Sequence record: MZ475893.1
Reading direction: 5' to 3' (one strand)
DNA: 64,000 bases
Part shown: positions 54,836-63,002 of the stretch, in pieces
Numbering within the stretch: the first letter of the stretch is position 1
How the letters are laid out: each line of letters opens with the position of its first letter
Notes under the pieces: model-generated
The model's input: the letters and a program-made list of their open reading frames with translations, nothing else
Told to the model about the DNA's origin: nothing
The model's database searches: none
Translations under genes and position numbers: made by a program

Positions 54836-55796
54836 CGATCTCTTTGAGGCTGTTCTTGATTGCTTTGCGCAGCGTCTTGCCTACGTCAATGCCATCAACA
54901 TGTTTTGCGAACACATGCGCAAACAGCGTCGTCGGATTTTTCATGATTGCTTTATCTAGGTCAGGACGACCCTCAGCGATTTGCATTTCGCCAGGCCACA
55001 GTTCAGCAACGGCGGAGCTATCGTTAGCGGCAATAAGCTCAAGCTCGCGGACAGAGATTGAGTTCTGGCGTGCAATCGTTCGGAAGATGAGATCAACAAA
55101 AGGCAGGAGATCTTCTGACACAACGTTCTTGACGTCTTTGGCATCGCCAGCACGCTGGAAGTCTTCCATGAGATCTGTCAGGACTTTCTTGTCGATCTTA
55201 TGCACGTTGCGCAGTTTGTTGAACAACACCATCCAGCGAACTTTACGCTTGGAACTAATCAGGTGCGTCCACACACTTTCGCCGAGAGCGATCAGCAAAC
55301 GATTATACACGTCAACTGAAACTGACTCACGGCTAACGAACACGGTCAGCTCATCATGCCACTCGTCTTTCTTAAACTTAGAACGGAACGAGTGTGTCTT
55401 GGAGCCTGACTGCTGGACAAAGTTGATGCGCTTGCAGCGGCGCAGTGCTTCATGCAGCTTGTACTTCTCGATCACTTTCGGGAGTCGCTTCACTCCCTTA
55501 CGACACGCTTTGGCGCAATCGGTTTCACGACCGTAGAGCGCGAGAGAAGGAAGGCCAGACATTACAGCGAGACTCGCGTAAGGTCGGACGGTAACTCCAC
55601 AAACAGACATGCCGGGTTCAGGGTCTTTGCCCAGTACGGCAAGAACATCGCCTGCCTTAGGACTGAACTTGATTGACTCTGGGTCAGGAGTACCGAGTGT
55701 TGCAGCCAGAAGGCCGACGGTCTTACCTGTCGCCAGAACCAAATGATTTTTGTTGCCCTGCCTCACGACAAGGTAATCTTGCTCACTATGTTTCAT
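54822..55796 (-). CDS. Hypothetical protein
   Basis: 324 aa. Confidence 0.7.
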   Translation of the reverse strand: MKHSEQDYLVVRQGNKNHLVLATGKTVGLLAATLGTPDPESIKFSPKAGDVLAVLGKDPEPGMSVCGVTVRPYASLAVMSGLPSLALYGRETDCAKACRKGVKRLPKVIEKYKLHEALRRCKRINFVQQSGSKTHSFRSKFKKDEWHDELTVFVSRESVSVDVYNRLLIALGESVWTHLISSKRKVRWMVLFNKLRNVHKIDKKVLTDLMEDFQRAGDAKDVKNVVSEDLLPFVDLIFRTIARQNSISVRELELIAANDSSAVAELWPGEMQIAEGRPDLDKAIMKNPTTLFAHVFAKHVDGIDVGKTLRKAIKNSLKEIGGED

Positions 55797-55807
55797 AACA
55801 ACCCTAG

Positions 55808-56320
55808 TTAACGAGGAATGAAATCAGAGACGTTAGCTTCCTTAGCGTCTGCTGTACGGTGGCGAATCAGGCGACTTGTTGTATCTGCTGGTGGAAAGCA
55901 GACAATAGGCTTGACGACCATGACTGTCAGTTGTTGCGGCCACATGTCGTGATCGATCATACGCGAGGCAATAATATGTGCGGCGCGTTCTGCTTCTTCA
56001 CGCAAATGGTCAAACTCCAACAGCAACACCTGAGGCTTTTGATCAATCTCGTTAACAGCGTGATCAAGTTCCATCAGGTTCGTAGCAACATAGCTTCGGC
56101 AAGGCAGCGTTCCAGAGTAATCACGCGGTCCGATATAGACAACGTTCTCTGGGTCAACATCATCGATTGCATTGCAGATGAAATCAGGGACGAACTTGCC
56201 CAAGTCCCCTTCCAGTGCGACAAAAGACATATCAAAAGGATCGTGCCTCATAACGGTCATGACAGCACGTCCATAGCCAGACAGATAGTTCATCAGTCTG
56301 TATACGAGATCACTATGCAC
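55808..56320 (-). CDS. Hypothetical protein
   Basis: 170 aa, GTG start with GAGG SD. Confidence 0.65.
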   Translation of the reverse strand: MHSDLVYRLMNYLSGYGRAVMTVMRHDPFDMSFVALEGDLGKFVPDFICNAIDDVDPENVVYIGPRDYSGTLPCRSYVATNLMELDHAVNEIDQKPQVLLLEFDHLREEAERAAHIIASRMIDHDMWPQQLTVMVVKPIVCFPPADTTSRLIRHRTADAKEANVSDFIPR

Positions 56321-56331
56321 GTTAACCTCTT

Positions 56332-56487
56332 TTAGAATGCGGGAGTGTAGGTGTATTTGCGCTTCTTCAACTTCGCTGCCGCGTTCTCACGGTCTAAGTC
56401 GTCGAAGATACCTACCCGTCGGTGGTAACGAAATTTCGGATGAACGGAAATATGTTTGACGATAGCACTTACGGGTTCGGTAGGCAT
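56332..56487 (-). CDS. Small basic hypothetical protein (51 aa)
   Basis: Not in ORF track; GAGGTG SD, MPTEPVSAIVKH...KKRKYTYTPAF fills the gap. Confidence 0.6.
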   Translation of the reverse strand: MPTEPVSAIVKHISVHPKFRYHRRVGIFDDLDRENAAAKLKKRKYTYTPAF

Positions 56488-56495
56488 ATATCACC

Positions 56496-56993
56496 TCAAT
56501 CAGGTTTATCCAGAATACGCGCTAACTCCCATTTGAGAAATTCTTCGTGCTCGTGGTCAGGACCTGCTTCGAAGTAAATATCAAAATGGTTGTCGTAGTT
56601 TTTCTGTGTAATAGAAATTAAAGGGTGACCACTCGGAAGATGTGATCTCAAATAATACGCTACGATAAAAACATCGTAGGTCTTTAGCTTTCGTGGGGCT
56701 GCGGCCTGTTCCAACATCTTTGCATAGAGCGCTTCATACTTCTCTTGGTACTTCTTCTTTTTATCAAAGAACTCCAAGAGATTAGCCACAACATGCCGCT
56801 TTTTCCTATAGGTAGAAGCCCCGATAAGATTTTCGACGGCGCTCACGAACTTTAAATCAGACATATCGGGCTTTAGTTTAATAAATTTTGCGTAATCATA
56901 TTGGTCACGCAGGACAACCTCCATTTTTGCAGCGATGCGCAAAATACGGTCGACGTTGGGCTGCTTCACTCTAGGCATAATAGAACTCAACAA
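56496..56993 (-). CDS. Hypothetical protein (paralog of 57012-57536; start may be 56978)
   Basis: ILRxA..LEV, L.xHLPSxHP(L/I), LxxELxRI motifs shared. Confidence 0.7.
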   Translation of the reverse strand: MLSSIMPRVKQPNVDRILRIAAKMEVVLRDQYDYAKFIKLKPDMSDLKFVSAVENLIGASTYRKKRHVVANLLEFFDKKKKYQEKYEALYAKMLEQAAAPRKLKTYDVFIVAYYLRSHLPSGHPLISITQKNYDNHFDIYFEAGPDHEHEEFLKWELARILDKPD

Positions 56994-57011
56994 TAGTGCA
57001 TGTTTACAGAA

Positions 57012-57536
57012 TCAATCGGCAGTAGACCCAATGCGCTCTAGTTCGTAGGTCAAGTAAGCATCCCATGAATAGAAGCCATCTTTAGCCAACACAGAATCAA
57101 ACTGTCGGCTGATCTTCGTACCTTTAGGAAAGCGAATGCGATCAGACAGACGTTGGAGTCTAGCGTAGGTCATCTCAACTTTCTTCACAATTGGGTGTGT
57201 GCTTGGTAAATGATTCTGCAGGAACTTGCAGCTAAAGATCAGCGGGAAGTCTTTGAGGAGTTCCACCGATTCTTTTTGCGCAGCCACCAGCCCGCTATAG
57301 TCATTCACCTGCTCATGGATTTCAGGATGAGCATAGTACCAATCGTCGAGAGACTCTAACCCAAGACGTTCTTCGTACATCATTGACTCGTACATTACCA
57401 TCAGTACGGGCTTCTCTTCCTTCTTATCCTTGAAAGCAACAAACAGTTTGGGATAAGTTCCAAACTTCTTTTCCATAAAGACTTCGAGGATTATCGCATA
57501 ACGAAGAATCTCAAATTCGGTTAGTACCTTGCTCAT
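57012..57536 (-). CDS. Hypothetical protein (paralog of 56496-56993)
   Basis: 174 aa, AAGG SD. Confidence 0.7.
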   Translation of the reverse strand: MSKVLTEFEILRYAIILEVFMEKKFGTYPKLFVAFKDKKEEKPVLMVMYESMMYEERLGLESLDDWYYAHPEIHEQVNDYSGLVAAQKESVELLKDFPLIFSCKFLQNHLPSTHPIVKKVEMTYARLQRLSDRIRFPKGTKISRQFDSVLAKDGFYSWDAYLTYELERIGSTAD

Positions 57537-57539
57537 ACC

Positions 57540-59144
57540 TTACTCCGAAATATCTTTGTCACAAAACTTTTTAGCAATGAACGTGGCATCGGTACTTTCA
57601 ATGCTGTCGCCCTCAACACAAAGTAAAGCACCATCGTGCTCAAGAGAATAAACGCCTTTGATATTCGGGCAATTGAGAATCGCATCGAACAGGTACTTAC
57701 TCTCCCAGCCGGCAAGCATGTGGTTTAGCACTCGGCGCCTTATCTTCTTATCACTTTCGCCTTCTTCTGGATCATAGTTAGAACCAGTGGCGCAAGTCAA
57801 CACGCCATACTCAGGACGCTTTGACTTTTTGTTTTTCCGAAACTGCTTTGCGTACTCATTAAGCAAATCTCGTATTGAGAAATAGAGCAACGATGTTCTG
57901 GTGTTCCAGTCCTCCATAGCAGTACGAACTTTATATTTCGGCATCGTCTTACGGAGTTCTTTGTAGACGTTGCTGTACGGGTTGATCTCCAATTGACCAG
58001 CGGAGAAGATGGTTGCATACAAACAAATCTTTGCCGTCTTCTTATCCATCTGAGATATACGAGCCATGTCCTCCACAGACTTAATATCGTCGAAGAATCC
58101 GTAGTCAATCGAATACGAGGCCAACTCGTTTCGTAACACATTGAACTGGCTGGACTTCATGTCCCAGTTAGTACCTACAGTAAAGCAGGCTTGTTTAAGA
58201 ATGCTCGGCAAGTTTTGAAAACCACCGCCGATTTCAAACAAGCGACCACCAATCTGAGACAGTCGGTATCGAGGCCAGTAGCGAATAGTTAACGGGTTAG
58301 TGTTAGCAATCTGCACAGGTCCAGAAACGATTGTGTCCAAGAGAGCTTTAACTTGCAAATATTGTTTCTTTGCTTTGTTGTTAGCAATCAAGGACTTCTC
58401 TTCAAGGTACTCAAGTATCGGTTCGATGTTAACCTCATTTGGCAGCATCTTGTCCAACACCTTGCGATACAGTAGCCTGCCCGTTAAACCTTTTCCGCGG
58501 TCCCTGTTTCTGTCGAGGGACTTGAGATCGTGCTGAGGTCTAACAAAAGGCAGCTTAGAATTTTTCTCTATCATGGACCACACAGTCACCCCATAGTCTT
58601 CTCGCAATATGCGCACAGGACTGTAGAAACGGACACGCTTTAGAATCTCCTGAGACGTGTGGTGCTTGATATGTTGGTACATCCCGTCAAGAATCTCCTG
58701 ACGTATGCGGAACTCTCTGCTAAGGCCCTTTTTCTTATCATAAGGTTTCGTCTCAAAGACGTTAACCATCAACCAGTCCAAGGATCTACTGAAAGTACCT
58801 TCTTTTTTAGCATACTTGCCGACAGCAACGCTATTTCCGCCTCTACGGAAGCCAAATACCATCGGCAGCTCTGTTTGACCTAAAATCTTAGGAAAAGGTA
58901 CCCATACACGGCCAAACTTCTTCTTTTTGTGTTTGCGCGACGGGTACAAGCTGCATTGAAGAATGTGCCAGAAGAAAAGATTCAATTGAGTACGAAACTC
59001 ACGCTCGGATTCCACAGGCCCCGTGTAAGGACATGCGTTTACCACGTTGCTTTTCACCCAAAGAACGACTTCTTTCTCCTGGTAGGAGGGGTTCTTTATC
59101 AGAACGGCCCCCTGACCGGAAACGATTCGTTTTTTCATACTCAC
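57540..59144 (-). CDS. Divergent family A-fold (PolA/TV-Pol/T7 RNAP-like) nucleic acid polymerase
   Basis: GGRLF....FQNLP, WDMKSSQ (A), KKTAKICLYATIFSAG (B), LNHMLAGWE, LEHDG (C); no exonuclease domain. Confidence 0.65.
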   Translation of the reverse strand: MSMKKRIVSGQGAVLIKNPSYQEKEVVLWVKSNVVNACPYTGPVESEREFRTQLNLFFWHILQCSLYPSRKHKKKKFGRVWVPFPKILGQTELPMVFGFRRGGNSVAVGKYAKKEGTFSRSLDWLMVNVFETKPYDKKKGLSREFRIRQEILDGMYQHIKHHTSQEILKRVRFYSPVRILREDYGVTVWSMIEKNSKLPFVRPQHDLKSLDRNRDRGKGLTGRLLYRKVLDKMLPNEVNIEPILEYLEEKSLIANNKAKKQYLQVKALLDTIVSGPVQIANTNPLTIRYWPRYRLSQIGGRLFEIGGGFQNLPSILKQACFTVGTNWDMKSSQFNVLRNELASYSIDYGFFDDIKSVEDMARISQMDKKTAKICLYATIFSAGQLEINPYSNVYKELRKTMPKYKVRTAMEDWNTRTSLLYFSIRDLLNEYAKQFRKNKKSKRPEYGVLTCATGSNYDPEEGESDKKIRRRVLNHMLAGWESKYLFDAILNCPNIKGVYSLEHDGALLCVEGDSIESTDATFIAKKFCDKDISE

Positions 59145-59208
59145 ATCGTGATTACCTGAGTTTTTCTATCTGATATTTACAGATTCAGACTTATCTTATG
59201 ACCCGTAC

Positions 59209-59519
59209 GCTACAGCGCTTGGTACGGCTACAGCTACTACAGCGGAGCTAGCGGGATACGCGCTTGGCTTGATCGAAACATGGAAGGAGAGGTACATCTT
59301 TAGGCGGCACGTTTTGTAGAGGCTGAATCCGAGAGATTAGCACTATCAATGCCCCTCCACCCATGCTGGAGCTGCTTAGAATAGCATTCTGTTAGGATAA
59401 TTTAGGTCGTCTAAACCGTGTAAATTTTCCCGAGAAAACAGACGATTTTCCGTAAAACACGCCCGTTTTCAGACAAAAACCAGAAAAATCTTAATAAAAT
59501 CAAGGACTTTTCCGAAAAC
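59209..59519. repeat. Non-coding region with CTACAGC repeats and phased TTTTC..AAAAC repeats
   Basis: CTACAGC at 59210, 59228, 59237; TTTTC(C) at 59425, 59446, 59466, 59508. Confidence 0.6.
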
Positions 59520-59530
59520 TACTCAGGAAA

Positions 59531-60190
59531 TCACTTCTTGCGAGAGATCTTTTGGTTCAATTTCTTACCGATTTGAGACAAAACGCGCTCGACTGTTTCA
59601 CCGTCACGTTCACCGATAGCCATAGCGAGCCTTTCGCCCTGTTCACGCGATAGCTCAGGCATAATCAGCTTGAGCATCTTTGATCGCGCCTTTGCAGACT
59701 TTGATTTGCCTTTTGACAGCGATTGCGTTTCCATTTCGGCAGCAACACGGCTCATTGTGCGCTGCACACGACGATCTGCGAATATATCACCGAAGATATT
59801 GCCAAACAGGTCTTGGAACGAACGTCCGCCACCAAATATCTCGTCCTTTGTGAAGCGCACTTCCTTTCCTAGCGCATTACGCTTAACGCTGTGCGTGCTT
59901 TCCACTTCGTTTTGGACGCGTGCACCTTCGATGAAGTTCTCATCAGGCCGCGATTTCTTACCTTCAGCACCGGGCTTAGTGACGCCGTTACGCAGCTCAG
60001 CACGCCCCTCAACAGCCGCATCAGGGTCAAACATGTCATCCGTGTTGACGCTCTGATTAGGGTCAAAGGGGATTTTGTCTGTCAGCTTGTTTTCATCTGG
60101 CCACGAACGAGGGATATCAGACGCCGGCTGAGGGCTGTTTGTCATATCACCGTTCTTCTCGCTGTTCAGACTCACATAAATCTTGGTCAT
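59531..60190 (-). CDS. Hypothetical protein (MTKIYVSLNS N-terminus)
   Basis: 219 aa, GGAG SD; basic C-terminus. Confidence 0.7.
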   Translation of the reverse strand: MTKIYVSLNSEKNGDMTNSPQPASDIPRSWPDENKLTDKIPFDPNQSVNTDDMFDPDAAVEGRAELRNGVTKPGAEGKKSRPDENFIEGARVQNEVESTHSVKRNALGKEVRFTKDEIFGGGRSFQDLFGNIFGDIFADRRVQRTMSRVAAEMETQSLSKGKSKSAKARSKMLKLIMPELSREQGERLAMAIGERDGETVERVLSQIGKKLNQKISRKK

Positions 60191-60199
60191 TTGTTTCTC

Positions 60200-61306
60200 C
60201 TAGAGAATTTTAAAGCCCTTGAAAATGTTATACGCGTATTCTTTGCGTTGTACTGCACGGGTGGTGCACACCCATTCCCATTGATCGTTCTTTGCTGTGC
60301 GCTTCTTCGGCGCTTCCATCACTTTCAGCACATAGTTTTTGAAAGGCAGAACCAGCAAATCTTCAGGCTCAAGCGGTCCGCAACGCGCAGGCAGAACAAC
60401 AGTCAGGTTACCTACAGTAAGTTCCTGATCGTAATCCAGCACGTTTGCTTCTTCGCTGATATTGCCTTTAACGTAAGGCACGCCCAGATCGAATATCATT
60501 GTGGCGTGTGTGAAAGCCTCAACGCCACCGATTCTGATCGTTACGTTCTTGCCACGAAACTTATCCAGCGTTTCCGCTTTCAACTCAACCGCTACGCCGT
60601 TCAGCATCAGCATAGGACGTGGGAAAGCAGGAAGCACTTTCTCATTCAATCTGACCGAATAAGTCGCCTGCGTAAAGTATTTTGGAATAAGCTGATCGAA
60701 CTCAACGAAGCCGTCTTTGCGTACCTGACGGAACGTTGAAGGGCTGGTGGACTGATCGTATGTGTAGCCTTCAATGCGTAGCGCATGGTGCTGCATCATA
60801 ACGTTGTATACGAAGCCTGTGCTAATGAATCCAGGCACGATGCCTTGACGGAAGCACACAGCACAGTTGGCGTTGTTACCACCATCCCATTTGACGCTCA
60901 TCTCTTCTTCGGTGTCGCCCATGAGATCTGCTGCGCTCAACGTTGCGTTCTCACCTTCGTCGAGGTCATCAAGGCTAACCGTTTGGCGTCCACCACCAAA
61001 CATGCCTTTCGACACAGTGTTCAGCTTGACGTTACCCTGAGTGCCGAGGCTTGAACGGCCAACGCTTTTCATTCCGCCTAAGTTGGAATCAAAGTCGTCG
61101 TTGACTGTTTTGTTGCAACTGCATGTCAGACCGAATTTTGCTTTCTTGAATATGATAATGTCCGTAGCATCGACGGCTAATGCCTGTTCTACTTTGGACT
61201 TGACCACTTCCTGAATGGAGTCAAGGCGCTGCTGCACTCGCTTTGTCTCGTAGGTCTTGTGGCGATCATATTTATTACGGGGTTTGCCACGTTCAATCCA
61301 GCTCAT
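60200..61306 (-). CDS. Putative neck/head-closure virion protein
   Basis: 368 aa; CxC...CxxCxxxG...GF pattern like neck proteins of large myophages; late-class motif upstream. Confidence 0.45.
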   Translation of the reverse strand: MSWIERGKPRNKYDRHKTYETKRVQQRLDSIQEVVKSKVEQALAVDATDIIIFKKAKFGLTCSCNKTVNDDFDSNLGGMKSVGRSSLGTQGNVKLNTVSKGMFGGGRQTVSLDDLDEGENATLSAADLMGDTEEEMSVKWDGGNNANCAVCFRQGIVPGFISTGFVYNVMMQHHALRIEGYTYDQSTSPSTFRQVRKDGFVEFDQLIPKYFTQATYSVRLNEKVLPAFPRPMLMLNGVAVELKAETLDKFRGKNVTIRIGGVEAFTHATMIFDLGVPYVKGNISEEANVLDYDQELTVGNLTVVLPARCGPLEPEDLLVLPFKNYVLKVMEAPKKRTAKNDQWEWVCTTRAVQRKEYAYNIFKGFKIL

Positions 61307-61404
61307 ATTAATCTCCTTTGTTGCTCTGAAATTATTGTGCTGTTTCCGTGCCTTTCACATCAAAAATATTTATTTAGTAGCACAATGAAAATACGGAGTT
61401 TCAT

Positions 61405-61953
61405 ATGCGCGTTCTTTCAGGCGACCCGGGTAAGGTTAACTTCGCGCTGTCTGTCCAGGAGTTCAAGGACAAACGCATTACTGTTATAGGCACTCGCATG
61501 TTCCGCAGTCCTATTCAGAACCTGCATTACGATATGCGTCAGCCCACAAAAGAGTTTCTTGCCGAGCTTGAGCTAATATGGAAACTCTACGGACCGTTCG
61601 ATGCCATGTGCTTTGAGCGCTTCCAGTCGCGTGGTCTTGGCGGCAACACCATTGAAGCTATCAGCCTCATGCTCGGTGTCATATCGTTCTTTGCGTTGAA
61701 GAAGAAATGCCCCCTTGATTTAATCACTGCTAGTCAGTGGAAAAATGCTTTCAACCGCAGCATGGACCTTAAAGGCTATTATGCGGAATACAATCTGACG
61801 TCAAAGAAAAGCCAAAAAGCAATTCATGAATTTGATGCGAGCCTCATTGGCGTCTATACCTTCTATCGACATTCAGAAATCAAACCGTTTGCAGGCTTCA
61901 ATCGTATCATCGATGCGTATGTTCCACGATTCCTGGAAGCACCTGTTCTTTGA
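61405..61953 (+). CDS. ruvC: RuvC-like Holliday junction resolvase
   Basis: VLSGDPG...FA, FERFQ, TASQWK, HEFDA RNase H-fold acidic residues. Confidence 0.8.
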   Translation: MRVLSGDPGKVNFALSVQEFKDKRITVIGTRMFRSPIQNLHYDMRQPTKEFLAELELIWKLYGPFDAMCFERFQSRGLGGNTIEAISLMLGVISFFALKKKCPLDLITASQWKNAFNRSMDLKGYYAEYNLTSKKSQKAIHEFDASLIGVYTFYRHSEIKPFAGFNRIIDAYVPRFLEAPVL

Positions 61954-61962
61954 GGAAATGAA

Positions 61963-62298
61963 ATGAGCATTGAACTTGAAACCCGTGTAATGAACATGCT
62001 GGCAGGCATTAGCCGTCATCTGGTTAAGCTTGGTAAAGGTGATGTGGCTGCCTACCAAGATCGTTTCTTCTTCGAGCATTCATTCAGTACGCTGAACAAA
62101 GAAGACGACGAGACCGATGTGGTCGCTGTGTTGCGCGAAAAGATTGTGGCAGAACTTGCCGTGCGTGACATTGCACTGACCGAAGATTATCAGCCTGTGC
62201 TTACCTACAGACCGATGATTCTGCATCCGACAAACGAAGGTGAGTTCGTGTCGATCGTGGTTGGTTTCCCACTTGATGCACCAGTGGTCCTGCCATAA
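61963..62298 (+). CDS. Hypothetical protein
   Basis: 111 aa, GAGGA SD. Confidence 0.7.
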   Translation: MSIELETRVMNMLAGISRHLVKLGKGDVAAYQDRFFFEHSFSTLNKEDDETDVVAVLREKIVAELAVRDIALTEDYQPVLTYRPMILHPTNEGEFVSIVVGFPLDAPVVLP

Positions 62299-62342
62299 AT
62301 TCTGTAAATGATCTTACTTGGTTAACCTGTAGGATATTTGCG

Positions 62343-63002
62343 ATGGCGAAGTCAGTGAAAGAACGAAAAGCGGTTACGAAGATCGCTAAAACAAAGAAGG
62401 GAAAAATTCCTATTCGCATTATCGAGGACACGCGCCCAATAGTCATTTGCCCCGAGATGGAAGACAAACCTCGTCCGTTTCGTTTTCGCGGTCAGTGCCC
62501 GATAACAACCTGCCAGTATTGCACACGCGAAACTGCAACTGGCTGCATGTCGTTAGACCGCAAAGAGTCTTCCGACCGTTCTATCTCTAACCGCGAGATT
62601 GCGTACTATAAGCGTAGCCTCTTTCCTGAACTTAAAGAGATGGATCAGAAACAGTTGGACACGACTGTTCGACGGGCACAGACTCGTACCCGTACTGCTA
62701 TCTGTCTCAATATGTTTATTGCCTCCGTTGACGATTCTGATTCTGATCGTTCATTTCAGTACGTGAAGGGCAGACACCCATCAGTGGACAATGTGCATAA
62801 CTACATGGTTCAAACCTTTACCGATTACAGGCCTTGGATGCTTGCCTATCTTGATGATGAGAAGCGCTTCGAAGAACTGGTCGGTAAGATAGCAAATTCT
62901 GAATTTAATTTAGGTACAGCCTTGCGTCTTACGCCTCGTAAGTATCAGGTGTTCTGCAAAGCTCTAAACGACCTTAAACAATCTGGAGAAACCAATGAGT
63001 GA
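62343..63002 (+). CDS. Hypothetical protein with Cys cluster (possible Zn-binding)
   Basis: CPITTCQYC...GC; CTGTAAAT motif upstream on plus strand. Confidence 0.65.
   Translation: MAKSVKERKAVTKIAKTKKGKIPIRIIEDTRPIVICPEMEDKPRPFRFRGQCPITTCQYCTRETATGCMSLDRKESSDRSISNREIAYYKRSLFPELKEMDQKQLDTTVRRAQTRTRTAICLNMFIASVDDSDSDRSFQYVKGRHPSVDNVHNYMVQTFTDYRPWMLAYLDDEKRFEELVGKIANSEFNLGTALRLTPRKYQVFCKALNDLKQSGETNE

Noticed and set aside
59196-59297. 33-aa minus-strand ORF (MYLSFHV...AVAYGS) explaining the CTACAGC repeats
   Set aside because: No SD and low complexity; cannot be excluded but is unsupported
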